Assembly (NCBI GenBank): GCA_051294905.1
Contig: CM119381.1
Coordinates: 13,764,001-13,828,000 of the forward strand
DNA: 64,000 bases
Source of the DNA: Botryllus schlosseri
Lineage: Eukaryota
Reading direction: 5' to 3'
The position numbers and the translations under genes are program-made. Numbering within the stretch: the first letter of the stretch is position 1; the number at the start of each line of letters is the position of its first letter. Shown here piece after piece: positions 13,950-26,400 of the stretch. The notes beneath the pieces were generated by a model. That model was given only the letters and a program-made list of their open reading frames with translations. It searched no databases and was not told where the DNA came from.

Positions 13950-15000
13950 TCTATTAGTTGCACAACACGCCACCAATTCTTATCTCATTCCCGGTAATGT
14001 AGGCGCCTGTTATAGGCCGTTTATGCACCGTGTATATAATGGGATTAACTAAAAATGTAAATGTCATCCAAAAACTGTCAAGTACCATCCCTTGATATAG
14101 CCTATTGCCATAGTAACCCAGATACTGATTTGTACATTTCCATCTGGCACAGTTAATCAAACATGATACAGCGTAGGCCTACTCTCTGAAGTGATTACGT
14201 CGACATCCAATCACCTCACATAAATTGATGCTGTGAAATATCAGAGACCGGGAAACCCTGATATGGTAGACAGACAGTAAGCTGGTAGTCGTATTCAACA
14301 AATATTATGAAAAGCTACCACAGTAATTGGTCTGATAAGGCGAACATATATCATAATGGCTCCACCATGGTCTAGCTGTGCTTCACAAGTGGTTGGTAAA
14401 GTCGATATGATCGATGTGTCTATGCGATCTACGTTTCCTCCAAAATACATCGAAGAATCAGTACAGAGAATATTATTCAAAATAAGATACGTGTGGTTCT
14501 CAAAGTCACGAAGGGTATAAAAAAAGGGTATAAAGAACATAGCTGCCGTTTGAATATTTGTCAAAACAATTTAGCTGTGGCTTCGCGCCATATCTTTCGC
14601 GTCTGGTACATTCACAAGTCAACTTTATTGGGTGCCAAACAAGAAGTTCACGCGCAGACAGGTGTTACAACAATATGACCTGATCATAAAAAGAGTACCC
14701 ACCTATGCATAACACAAGTAATTGTTCGATGCCATAGAACGATTTGAGATTTGGTCGGTTTCGAAAGCTATGGCCTACGCGGGTAGAAGAGAGAATGGGG
14801 GAGAGACAGTTGGTGTACTGGATGCGGTTAGACCACCGATGACGCAGTCACGCTTGTCACACTTGTTATCTTTTGTCATCGGTTACCGTGTTTGCGTGTA
14901 AAATGTCGACGCCGAATATATAAAACTTATTGAAGTTTTGGAAGCAACATTTCGCATGCGAAAAGCCGCACATTGTTGTTCAATTACTGGTTTTGTAAAA
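13950..15000 (-). pseudogene. Decayed intronless rhodopsin-class (class A) GPCR
   Basis: Collinear motif remnants with stops and frameshifts: TM2-like GVDIL (~14899-14913), TM3-like C...AIAFE (~14760-14774), TM5-like AMFFIPFF (~14519-14543), TM6-like ITVVAFHNIC*IRLPAY (CWxP-like, ~14275-14327), TM7 FLVNPIIYTV (NPIIY at 14032-14046). Confidence 0.55.
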
Positions 15001-15776
15001 TCGTTGTTAGTACCAAATCAAACGATTCAGGATTATGCAATCTTTGGGAGTTTTTTCTATGTCCATTTCTTACCGTCTAACATTAGAACTGAATGTCCTT
15101 GTACGTTTCACGGCTGGGAGCCACTGCCATATATCACTGCGATACAAATATGGCTCAGTGGGTGCATTATCATAAAAATGTGACCAGTATGTGAATTGTT
15201 GCATGCAGAATTATATCATAAAACTAAAGACTTGTCTTCAGATTTTAGATTTTCAAACAAAAAATTGATTGAATAATAGGAATCCATTCTTTTACTCATA
15301 GAATTGTAAGTATTTGGAATTTTCTGCTCGAAGAAGTTCCACGTCCCATCGTTATATGACTTGAAATTTTGGTTGGATAATGCATGGGAATATAGATAAT
15401 CATTTTCTGCTACAACAATAACATAAGTGAATTATATTTTAATTTATTGTAAGATTTGTAAGAAGTCGAAACGGTATCATATTGTTGTCGTTATTACTCT
15501 TAACCATCATATTCGTTCCATTATAGATACTCGCTACAGACTCACGGTGTTATTGAGTATTATTATAAATCAAATATTATGGAGAGCATTCTCTTGCATA
15601 TATTGTTTTGATGTTTATTTATTCGTCTTACTTATATTTGCTTATAATGCTATTTATTCCTAGGTGCACTCAGGATCTAGGTACAGGCTAATATCCAAAT
15701 GACAGATCAATTGTCCATGCCATAACTGTAATTGAACATAGGTCCATACGTACGTATATGCGTTCCTCAAGACCTT

Positions 15777-15884
15777 TGTTTGTTTGTTTTTTTGTTTGAT
15801 AATCATGTTATTTCGACTACATTGGTCATTTTACACCTCCCCAATATTCTTTATTTTTGTTTCCGTATTTACCGACTTGTAGTA
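15777..15884 (-). mobile_element. 5'-truncated SINE copy with 12-bp TSD
   Basis: SINE 3' end (tcgactacattggtcattttacacc...ccgacttgtag) flanked by CCTCAAGACCTT at 15765-15776 and 15885-15896. Confidence 0.8.
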
Positions 15885-16674
15885 CCTCAAGACCTTCCAA
15901 ATAATGGTAGCAGATGGTATGCTCGTCAAAGTCAGCACTTCGGTGCGGATGAGAATCTTCACGATTTATTCGCATTAAGAAAGCAGACGGAATTATATAA
16001 GAAATATTTAGCTTACTACTGGTACAAGCTCTGGTCGGAGATGGTTCAGGCGTAATCTGCTAGGTAATCAAATAAATCTTTTTTGTAGATAACACATCTG
16101 GTCATGAAAATCACGACTGACATGTTACATACGATTTTGTGTTTCGGGTGGCAGCTTTCGGTAATTTTACGTCAGAAGTTAGAAATGACTGACACGAAAT
16201 GTGCACTTTTGTGCAGTATTAACAGCTGATTAACCATATTCCAGATTGCAATCTTGGCAGGTATCAAATCTTGGAAGAGCAGGTGGCCGACATCGACCCA
16301 GTTGCCTAAAAATGGCAGCATATTATAACTTACATGTATGTGCGCTTACATACTCACGTATAGTCACGCATCACTCTGATCTCGTCATAGTTCCCCGTTA
16401 CATGTGCTCGACGCATCTCGATATATTACTTTACTTCAAGTGATCCCGAAATGAGACAAGACCTTATCGAAACAATCAGGTAATTAGATATTACGATTCG
16501 CTAACTTGTACGACTGCACGTATCGAGCAATCTCATTATGATTCGCACATGCAGACAGAATTCGCAAGATATTAAAAATATGCACTGTATAGTGTATACT
16601 GTATAGTCTTTTCCGGCTATGTAACGACAGAGCGAATATAATAATGACCGTTTATTCGGGGCTCTTTCTCGACA

Positions 16675-16937
16675 TGGTTTGTTTGTTTGTGTTTTGTTCA
16701 TGGTGTTTGTCGACTACAATATTCATTCACACGAGGCCAATTTTCTTCATTTTGATTCCGTACCAGCCGACTTATAGCACGGCCCACTTATAGGCTTGCG
16801 CGGATCAGATGGCAAGGAGGATCCTAGATAAACCTTTAACACTCATAGGTAGGAAATTCTGGAGCCGGACTCGAATCCGTACCTACACCCGATTTGTGTT
16901 GCAGCCGTGGAGTATACCACTACGCTATATCGCCACC
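16675..16937 (-). mobile_element. tRNA-derived SINE, near full length
   Basis: GGTGGCGATATAGCGTAGTGG head, GATTCGAGTCC B box, shared body, (AAAC)n tail. Confidence 0.88.
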
Positions 16938-16988
16938 TCACGACCTTGCTATTATACCATCCTATAAGAGGTAATTTGTGTCGGAGTC

Positions 16989-17557
16989 TAGGGTTTCATT
17001 AAAAACGAATGGTGTTTCAAAACACTTTGTTTTAAACACGTTTTATTCAGTGTGTTAAAAATACCTTTTGAAAATATCTTGTTTTTTTCGCTGGTGTATA
17101 ATTATGCCATAATTGAGTAAATACCTTCGAAAAATATGCAGTATGAGGCTATGGACGATTTGCTTCCACTGTAGTTGACGTAAATGCGATGTGGGGTGAC
17201 TGGAACCCTTGAAATCGTCGTTGGTTCAACAGCTATAGCATGTAGATATAGATGTAGATCTTTGTACCGAATGGGTATTCTAATGATGATGACCGCCGAC
17301 CGTAAAAATGCTGCATAACGATGTAGTTCCGATTAGGGATAGTTTTGGTATGTCTATGACTGCGATCGGGAGTCTTTTTATTTGAAGGAGCCATATTTAC
17401 CCTATATATTTTCAAATGTCAATGTCAATCCACTGTGAGGTCAAAATTAAGTATTTGTGACACCATGACTATAAAACAATAAAAACATTTTTTAAACAGG
17501 GGCCATGTTTGAAACATGTTTGTTTTGCATTGATTTTATTTAAAACGTAGAACCCTA
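16989..17557. mobile_element. MITE family with TAGGGTTGCATTTAAAACAAAC-type TIRs (copy 2)
   Basis: Aligns with 2520-2760 and 32527-32932; ends tagggtttcattaaaaacgaat / aaacgtagaacccta. Confidence 0.8.
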
Positions 17558-17560
17558 AGT

Positions 17561-17877
17561 TAGGGTTACCATATTTAGGAAACGGGAAAGGAGGACACTT
17601 TTGGAAAATTGTCAAACTTGGAATACCAATGGAAAATACTGATAAGATGGTAAATTTTTTCCACTTCGTAGTAGGTTGACTAAAAAAAGGGTCAACTTTT
17701 CACTCAGCTCCCGACATCACTTCGGTGCTGATTTTCGGCATCTCAGTCGAATTTTGCTATGAATTTGACCAAAATTCAATCTAGAAAATGAGGACATTTA
17801 GGCGTCCTCGGAGGACATTTTCAAAAACCCGAAAAAGGAGGACAAATCCTCCTAAATGAGGACGTGTGGTAACCCTA
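17561..17877. mobile_element. hAT MITE with TAGGGTTACCA TIRs (Blackjack-like ends) and GAGGAC subterminal repeats
   Basis: tagggttaccat / gtggtaacccta; TSD ccctaagt / ccctatgt (7/8). Confidence 0.88.
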
Positions 17878-19085
17878 CCCTATGTGGGTCAGCCTGCTAG
17901 CCCGTTTGATTGAACTATCTTGTGCAAGGTTTACTTTGAGAACACTGTATCTATTTTCCGGTTATTAACAAACTGTCAGGACCAGGGATTTCTAATCCAC
18001 TGGCCGCATTCTTCAAAAATTTCATAGCCATGAAGATGCTAATGGCAGTATAGTTTTAATTTCTTTTGCGCCGATCTTGAAATAAGATTAAGGAGCAGAA
18101 TACCGACTCACCATCAATTTACGGAAACACGAAACATGGTTTTAATAAAAAAAAACGGGGTGTTGAGTAAATCAATGAACTGATTTATGGCCTCGCTGTA
18201 ACTCAGGGGTTCTCATTTTAGGAGTCACTACCCTGGAGTGTCGTTTGCGTTTACTCTGGGGTGGTGACAATTAAATACCAATGACTATTACTAAAATGTG
18301 AATTAACTGCATGCTTTTGGCGTGTCAGTGCTGAAAAATTTTGGTTCATTTATATCCAAATAGATATAAACAACCTTTCAGGGATACCAACACGGCAAAT
18401 AATGCATCAGTCGAAGCGTGGTTTCAAAACGCCACCTACAATAGCAAAGAACGGTGTCTAGTGCAATGTTCTTAACCGGTGTATCATGAGCTCAGGTGTC
18501 CCGTGGAGGTCAAGAGACACACCCAACTCGCACGTATGATTTTTTATGATACGCCGGTCTAGACCAGCATGGGTTGCAGGTAATTATATAGGCCTGATCA
18601 GAAGTCGAATTATGACTGCTGGGGTGGCACGTCGTGAACAGTGACGTACTCAGGAAAAGCTTTGGTTCGAAATCGAAACCCCGTCCTTCTAAAGTAACAA
18701 TTTTATCCCTAATATTATTGATAAGCACATTTGTAATTACGCAATTCGTATCACGCTATTACGTTTCGATCGAACAATACGATGACGCCTTCCAAGGTAA
18801 AGCCTCTCATTTCTGAACTAAAGGGAACAACAGAAGTCGCACTGATTTTCAGTAAATATCCATCATGTTTTCGTTTTGGGTAAAAAATAAATTTTATTGG
18901 TTTTGTTATTTTCACACACTGTTGATGCACAAGTTATTTTGCGCACCGATAATCTATATAGCAATTTATTAGATGTGTAGTTGATCTATTGTGACAGAGT
19001 TATTTTTTATGGCATCGAAATTTGGATTTCCGCGTTGGTTTGAAGATTAACGTAAGTGTTTCACGTGTTAATGAAGGTTACGCGC

Positions 19086-19215
19086 GGTGGCGATATAGCG
19101 TAGTGGTAGCCTATAATCCACAGCTACAGCACCAATGGGTTGTGGGTTCGAGTCCGACCGAGATCGACTCCAGATTTACTACCTAAATGTTGGAGGTTTA
19201 TCTAGGCCCCTCCTC
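19086..19215 (+). mobile_element. tRNA-derived SINE, 5' half
   Basis: ggtggcgatatagcgtagtgg...gggttcgagtccgaccgagatcgactccag, same family head. Confidence 0.85.
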
Positions 19216-19355
19216 TACTAGTTGCTGACGATTACCCCTAACAAGTGTCAGCCGAAAATATTCGGGTTTATTTCAATATGAATATACTATTCAATTCAAT
19301 AATGCGAAAAACATAACAAAACTTTCACTATTTCTAGAATTTTCCAAATACCTCT

Positions 19356-19410
19356 GTGGCCCGACTCAAAATGCTCCTTTGGCCCGACTCAAAATGCTCC
19401 TGTGGCCCAC
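19356..19410. repeat. 23-bp tandem repeat inside a MITE end
   Basis: tggcccgactcaaaatgctcct(t/g) twice plus a partial third copy, just before aggttgagaacccctg. Confidence 0.85.
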
Positions 19411-19757
19411 AGGTTGAGAACCCCTGGTCCACCACTAGTAGCGTAGGCCACGATGTGACGTAACAATCAGAAGAGAAGAGAAGCGTAAAAGAGCAACAGC
19501 GACATCGTAGGGTCATGCTATGGATGGAAATACACTATAATAAAAGGTGGCGGTTTGAGGTCTGATCCCGAAATTTCGTTCTTAAATGGCCTCGCGATCC
19601 TGCTGAATTCATTCTCCAGTGCTTGTTATAGTTTCAGTCTGAATTTATCGGAGAATTGTCACACTCTCGCTCACTCTGAAAAACTACAACAGTGCCACCA
19701 ACCAATGTATCTGTAGAGCAGGGGTGGGCAAACTACGGCCCGCGAAGGCATCGAGAC

Positions 19758-21011
19758 TAGCGTTGGGACCCCGGGAAATCCCGAGCCCGGGATCCCGGTA
19801 TTTGTAGCAATCTCGATCCCGGGATTAACCCCAATGAAATCCCGGGATTTGTAAACAGCATCTACCAAGGCCTACATAGCGCTATATCTCTTATTTTGGT
19901 AATGAAGCAGTGTCACAAACTCGACTGATTGTCTAACTCCAAAACATTGTTTCTTAACCTTTTTTCCTGCCGCACCTCTTTTTGAAAATTGCCTAGGTCT
20001 GGCGCCCCCACCCATATTTTAAGGATATTTCGGCAACAAATTACGAACCGTCTAAACGACGATACTCTTGATCAGTGGTTCCACCATTTTGGATGTCGGA
20101 GCTGCATTTCAAACTTCAGAGTATACGTAGGGAGCCGCATTAAAACACTCGAGTAGGCTATATATTTATGACGAAAATTCAAAGGTAGCTAGTAACCTAC
20201 CTCTGGATTTCACCATCTAGCTATCTCAAAAGCATGCACAATGCACATGCACATGCACATGTACTTCTATTGATTCTATATCGGTTATACTAGCATTTAT
20301 AGACGCAGATTGGCAACTGCTATACATTGAAATAAACTGAAAATGCATATCATTAGTATAACTTATTATTTTGTCGTTATGTGATACCTCCTCAATCCTC
20401 ATACATTCCAGCAATTGATACACAACGTTGCAGGAGAATTATTCGCTGAATAATATGGGAGTAATTGCAATTTATACTTGAATAAAAGCCGTTATTTTGA
20501 AGTCAGTAAAATTTTGTTGAAATTTACTGTTCACAAAGTCGATATATAAAGGTGTACGATCAGCAGAACTCAAGACATATCATTGTCTGGCGGGTATTCA
20601 TCCATGCGTTTGACACTAGTCTGCAAGAATTCTGCTTCCCTGTTTTCACAAGCTACCTTGGACGGCTTTAGGCATAACTAATATCCCTCATTTCAGCATT
20701 CAGATAGAGAAATAACCTATAACTATTCATAGACACAAACAATAACTGTTGTCCATTATATTTTTGTGGCATATTTAGAGGTCACTCAAAGCCGTAAGAA
20801 GGCCACTTTAGAGCCGCGGTTTGGAATCACTGCTCTTGATGTTCTCACGTTTTGCGTCAATATTACAAGGGATAAATGCTATTTGTGTAGCTTCAATTGT
20901 AGGTGTATTTTAATATTTTGCTAATCCTGGGAAATCCCGGGATTGAGAAGTTAAAATCCCGGGAAATCCCGATCCCGGGATTTCAAATTTGATCCCGAAG
21001 TCCCAACCCTA
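19758..21011. mobile_element. hAT-like non-autonomous element with ATCCCGGGA subterminal repeats
   Basis: TIRs tagcgttgggac / gtcccaacccta; perfect TSD ATCGAGAC (19750-19757, 21012-21019). Inserted 39 bp inside a Buster-type MITE left end (caggggtgggcaaac at 19719). Confidence 0.9.
20073..20832. mobile_element. hAT MITE nested inside the 19758-21011 element
   Basis: TIRs cagtggttcca / tggaatcactg; perfect TSD CTCTTGAT (20065-20072, 20833-20840). Confidence 0.88.
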
Positions 21012-21651
21012 ATCGAGACACGTAATAAAAATATTTATAAATATTTTATTGTTGGCGCAATAGCCCGTCCTCGAGGCCAACCCTGTACTAAACAAAAACA
21101 CGCACACGATTTCAAATTGTCTTGTGGGGTTCATATTGTCGTGACAGGAGTATTCGGCTCCAGTCAATTAGGTCCTATGTTCAATTAAACAATAAACATA
21201 TGTGGATATACCGATGTTTTCGGTCAGCATAAGGTTTCCGAAGTTTTCGGCCAAGGTTTTCTCGCTGCCGATCGTTCTGGCATAGTTATCGGAGTCGCAT
21301 GTTACATGGCCTAAGACTTCACATCTCCTGTTGCGTTGTGGCGCGGTAATGGCCGACGTTGAAATGCCCATTTGTATAAATCATGCGTGTGCGGGTTTGG
21401 GTACCTAATATTCAAGATATTTGACAACATTAAATCGCGCCTAGCGCGAAATATTTTTTAATAAAGCTGTATTAATTTTCCAAAAAATACTCTACATAAT
21501 TTATGTTCATTCACGAAATAATTTTGAGCTCCTTTCGTGCTCGCTCGCCCCCCCCCCCCCCCCCTTCAATTGCGGGGTTTGGGTGCTGCAGTTACGGTCC
21601 TGCATGTGTATAACCTTGAATGTAAATTTCTGGCACTAGTTAGGTCTAGGT

Positions 21652-22503
21652 CAGGGGGGCAAACTTTTTGGCTCGCGGGCCGCATTCAACATCTTGATCC
21701 ATTCGCTTGCCGCACTGTATAAAATTGGGATTATAACCACAACGCAATATCGGTATTTGATTATATAGTGAGGATATGGAAATAATGTATATGTTTATTT
21801 GAAACAAACCAATCATTGATTTGATGATATCGCACACGTGTCAGAAACATTGGCGAGATTCCAGAAGCTGGCCAACCTCAATAACCAATTTTCAAAAAAG
21901 TCGGTTGTCCCGATTTTTAGAATATATGATGGAGATTTGAATCTGAGAGCAGTGATCTGTTTATAAATTTCTGAGTCTACTTTTGGTTCAACTCCAGGGC
22001 ACACAATGCTGACAGCGACATAACAATGTTAGCTTCAAATACTCTCCCACTAAAATGTTGATTTTATAAATATATATACCTCTGCACATACAGAGAACGA
22101 ATCTACCTAACACACGCGCGAATCGGTTTTTCCAAGTACAGCATGCACTAGAAGTAATAAACTTTCTGGAGTAACTAAGGTAAAATTACCCTCGCGATCC
22201 GTAAGTCATTCCCGTTTTGACTTTCTGCGATGTTTAGCAGTTAAAACCTTTTAAAATGTGTGGGCCTTGAGGTCGGGCTGTCGCGCCAGCCATGAAATCA
22301 AAATATACTATAGTTAAGAATATAACATATAAGTATCTCGATGAAATATAATAAGAAAAAGTTTAATTGAGTCCCTGCAGTAATTATATTTTCAGTTTGC
22401 ATTTTATCAATATTTTTATCATGTTTCTTGAACCTTTCGCAGGCTGCACAAAACGGTGTTGCGGGCCGCATGCGCTCCGCGGGCCGTAGTTTACCCACCC
22501 ATG
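21652..22503 (+). mobile_element. hAT (Buster-type) MITE, copy 1 of tandem pair
   Basis: TIRs caggggggcaaac / gtttacccacccatg; TSD GTCTAGGT at 21644-21651 and 22504-22511. Confidence 0.9.
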
Positions 22504-22511
22504 GTCTAGGT

Positions 22512-23350
22512 CAGGGGTGGGCAAACTTTTGAGCTCGCGGGCCGCATTCAACATCTGAATCCGTTCGCGGGCCGCACTATATAAAATTATGATTATAAAC
22601 TAAAACGCAACATTGATATTTGATTATATATATGCCATATTTGATTATATATACCATGTTAGCTTCAAACACGCTTCTACTATGTGTAGATACAATATAA
22701 ATACCCCAATTCTACGCATACACACAACGAATCTACCTAAGACACGCCCGAATCGTTTTTTTATAAGCACATCACTGAAATAATTAAAAATTGAGTGGCC
22801 AAAATCCCACTCGTAATCCAAAGTATGTCAATCTCGGTGAAGCTATTCCGCTGTGATATTAAGTATTCACCTAAGATGAGTGGTTCTCAAACTTTTTAAG
22901 ACGCCCCCCCCCCCGCATGATGATGGAAGACTTCGCGCCCCCTCATCGTCATATCACAAAACGCAACTAGGATGCTAGCAAACCTAATGGGTAGTTTGAT
23001 GGCATGGGAGGTAACGACTGTGGATGAGAGATTTATAAACATGTAATTCAGACAAAATACACAGCAATAATAACTATTAATTTGGTGTAAATCGCGAAAT
23101 TTTTTTTAGTCGAGCTCAACTTCGCTCCCCCCCCCATCATATGCTTTCACGCCCCAATCAGTTTGAGAACCACTGTCTTGGAATTATCATGGTGTAATAT
23201 ACTAAGAAAAAGTTAATCAAGTCCCTGCAATAATTCGATTTTAGTACGCATTTTGTCAATATTTTTTAAGTTTCTTTAGACTCTCGCGGGCCGCACAGAA
23301 CGATGTTGCAGGCCGCATGCGGCCCGCGGGCCGTAGTTTGCCCACCCCTG
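22512..23350 (+). mobile_element. hAT (Buster-type) MITE, copy 2 of tandem pair, with a nested MITE (~22878-23175)
   Basis: TIRs caggggtgggcaaac / gtttgcccacccctg; TSD GTCTAGGT at 22504-22511 and 23351-23358. The nested element has ends gagtggttctcaaac / gtttgagaaccactg. Confidence 0.9.
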
Positions 23351-25686
23351 GTCTAGGTGCACGATGTCTGATAACCCCGTTGATGACGTGAGTTAGGCTG
23401 CACCGGAGTCGTCCTAATATTATATCTTGTTCTATTTCATCAGATTTTCGGTACCAAGCAGTGTTAATTATATAACTCAATAGAGATGATACATGATTAT
23501 GGAGAAGATGTTAATGTTCCCGGAAGATTTAACTCGGAAAATCAACCAGCCCTGCAATCAGTTTCAATCTTATTGTCTGAAGGCCAATGGAAGATTGAAA
23601 TGAATGGAATCCCACAGATTATCTTCGGATACTGTTAGATATTCTTTATGTCATGTAAAATTGGAATGTCTTTGAATATTTTTTCTACCGTATGCAAAAA
23701 GTGATGCAGTTAGATGTAAGTAAGAAGCAGTGTTTGATTCGTTGGTGCAGTCACTCAGGTCATGGAAGACAGGAAGGTTGTTAAGGCATCATGACACCTA
23801 TACCTGTGTTTCGACAGTTCTGGTAGAATTCACCAGTCAGCCGACGCTTGCGGGCTCTGCCGAGTAGGCTACTCATTCAACGCCAGTGTGCAATGTACAT
23901 CGCGACGCCATCATCATCTATGAGTAGTGAGTACTCTGGCTAACATTAGACGTAACACCATGTCACCACAAGTTTTCAGCTACATATATTCGTAATTATT
24001 GTTGTACAATGTACGTGTAATATGGTACATATACCTAACAATGCATAAGCTAAATAAACACGCAAAAATTTTAACAATTGCAACAACATTGTCAAGTAGT
24101 AACAACAAAAAAAGCAGTTATATGAAAGCTGTAGCAACAATTTCAAGTGCCGAATATAATTAGAATGGTCATAAGATATGCGTCAAACCGACTTCATACA
24201 GCGTCAAACGAATTCCTCAATACTGAAGATCAAGTGCATAGTATATAAAACGAAATAACTTTCCGATGGCGCAGTTGTTAATAACAGATTATTTATATTT
24301 AGTTTTACACATTGACGTCCATTTGCTCTGTGCAACTTCGTCGATAAACCAAAATCAATCAATTGATCGATCTGAAACGTTTTGCATGACACGAACACCG
24401 TCAGAAACATAGAACAAAATGCATTTGCCAATTAATCTACTCCAAAATTAAAATCACGGGGATGAATCCAACTATATCCCCCTCCCCGGCCTACCTGAGG
24501 ATAACTCTAGAAAATACTGCACATCTGGTCCGTCTTGACATAATATCATTGCTAACATAGGGATATAACTTGGATGCCAATTACATATAACGTGGTAATC
24601 ACGGTTTGCGTTTTGCATTGAGCATTATGCTTCCGTTATATATAGTTTACGTATGCCAGATTGGTGAAATTTTACCTCAACTACATGTGGTTTGCAAATA
24701 AGTCACGAAGAAAGATTTGTATAGGCAATCAATGGTCTATATTTAGTTAATCGTCTTTTAGCATGATAGTATCTGTTGGTCGTTAATGTAAAGGTGGAAA
24801 ATGTTCGAATAATAACAAGAACGTGTATGTCTCGCCAACGTATTACAGGGGATGAATCTCTAATTCCAATATCCAATCCAATATCACCACAGGTGGCAGC
24901 GCCGGAAGAGTCACGATGGATTCGTTAGAGAGATGAAAGAGTCTCTATTGCAGGTAGCTTCTTGTGCTGTGACACGACCGGTTCTGTAAAGCAATATTAT
25001 ACTGTAATTGGTGTTGATGCTTTTCTTTTGGCTGCGATGAAGAAACTTGTATTACCCTATTAAAAATGCAAATTCATTCTTCTGTATTCATAGCAAAGTG
25101 CTAGATTCCACAAAATATCAAGAACTCACTTCCGAGGAGCGATCCAAAGGACATCGCGCACTCCAAGTCTTGTAAGGACAAACTATCGCTCTCCAAACTA
25201 TCGCCAGATATGTCGAGCACGCACGCAGCCGGAAACTGAAAAGCCTAGATAAAAATATAGGGTTTAAAGGAAATAATGCTACTGTAGCTGGAATACAGGT
25301 GTAAATCGATCGGTTTCGACATTTGAAAACAGCAAGTTAATCGGATAATCTGATAAGTGATGCCACTGTCCCGGGTCCGGTATTACAGCGGGCGGTTCCA
25401 TATTACCATGTGTATGATATGTCGTTTTTAAAATTCACTAGCTGCAAACACAGTTAACGCCTAGCCCGTTTCTATCTCAAAAATGGTTTTCAACAGTTGT
25501 TCGCAAATCGAAGAGACAAACTACTCGAGCTTATTAACATATACGATGACTAATTAGCACTACCATTAGGCCACGGTGTCGATAACTATATCAACGTAAA
25601 CGGGCATTCGCATCTTCGAAATGCGTCAACAGCATCGATAGCATCGCCCGATTTAATCTCGCAATTAATCTTAAATTTCATCACAG

Positions 25687-25836
25687 CCCGAGGACACGAG
25701 CCAAAACATGAGCTGCAGACTTATGCGGATTCCGGCGACGTAACACCGCAAGGAAAAATAATTCGGCGATTGCTTTCTCCTCGGCTACGTCTGGCGCGTT
25801 TCTCATTTACACTCAAAATAACTTTAGAGGCTATGC
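25687..25836 (+). other. Candidate 150-nt internal exon, unassigned
   Basis: Acceptor tttcatcacag| and donor GC|gtaagt flank 150 nt that are open in phase 1-1 (RGHEPKHELQTYADSGDVTPQGKIIRRLLSPR...). No homology recognised. Confidence 0.2.
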
Positions 25837-26274
25837 GTAAGTAAAATCGACAAGATTTGTGGTATTATTTTAGCGCGCGACGGTTAATAATACAACCGTG
25901 GCTTCGATCCTCCGGTACTCAAAAACAATGCAGCGCAGTTTCGGCTCGTAAATGTTTCGATTTCTAACTAGGGTTTCACATGCGAATAATCTATGATTTA
26001 AGTGACATCATGCCAAAATGCGGTTCTGTTTTGCATATGATATTGAGACTCTCGTGGAATATTGACGGCGCAAATAAACACCCATTTAGTCCACATGTGT
26101 ACACTACAGAAAATTATAGATATTTGCAGTCACCGCAATGCGAAAATGAATGCTATTTTGCTAATCCTCTCCTATGGAATTGAAATCTAAACTAATTACA
26201 TATATCCGGGAGTCCGGAAAGTTCTACATGTACGGTATACAGTGTACACCCACACACATATTGCCGTCGGGTGG

Positions 26275-26400
26275 CGTCTTGAAAAGCCTAGAAGTGGGCC
26301 GTGCCACAAGTCGGCAAATACGGAATCAAAATAAAGACAATCGGCCTGGTGTAAATGATCATTGTAGTCGACAACACCATGAATGCCACAAACAAACATA
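26275..26400 (+). mobile_element. SINE 3' half (further 3' fragments at ~28772-28900 and ~53640-53760)
   Basis: agcctagaagtgggccgtgccacaagtcggc...ggcctggtgtaaatgatcattgtagtcgacaacaccatgaat matches the family body. Confidence 0.8.

Noticed and set aside
19086-19165. tRNA-like sequence with A and B boxes
   Set aside because: No complete cloverleaf or acceptor stem; it continues into a body shared by at least 8 dispersed copies, so it is a SINE head, not a tRNA gene.
19356-19410. Short direct repeats and palindromic arrays (also GACTCGAGTC, ATCCCGGGA, GGGTGTACC) as possible CRISPR-like arrays
   Set aside because: No constant repeat with unique spacers; all lie within TIR-bounded elements as subterminal repeats, in a eukaryotic context.
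22298-23480. Paired ORFs containing GKLRPA.RMRPAT
   Set aside because: Translations of the GC-rich MITE ends of the tandem pair, not genes.
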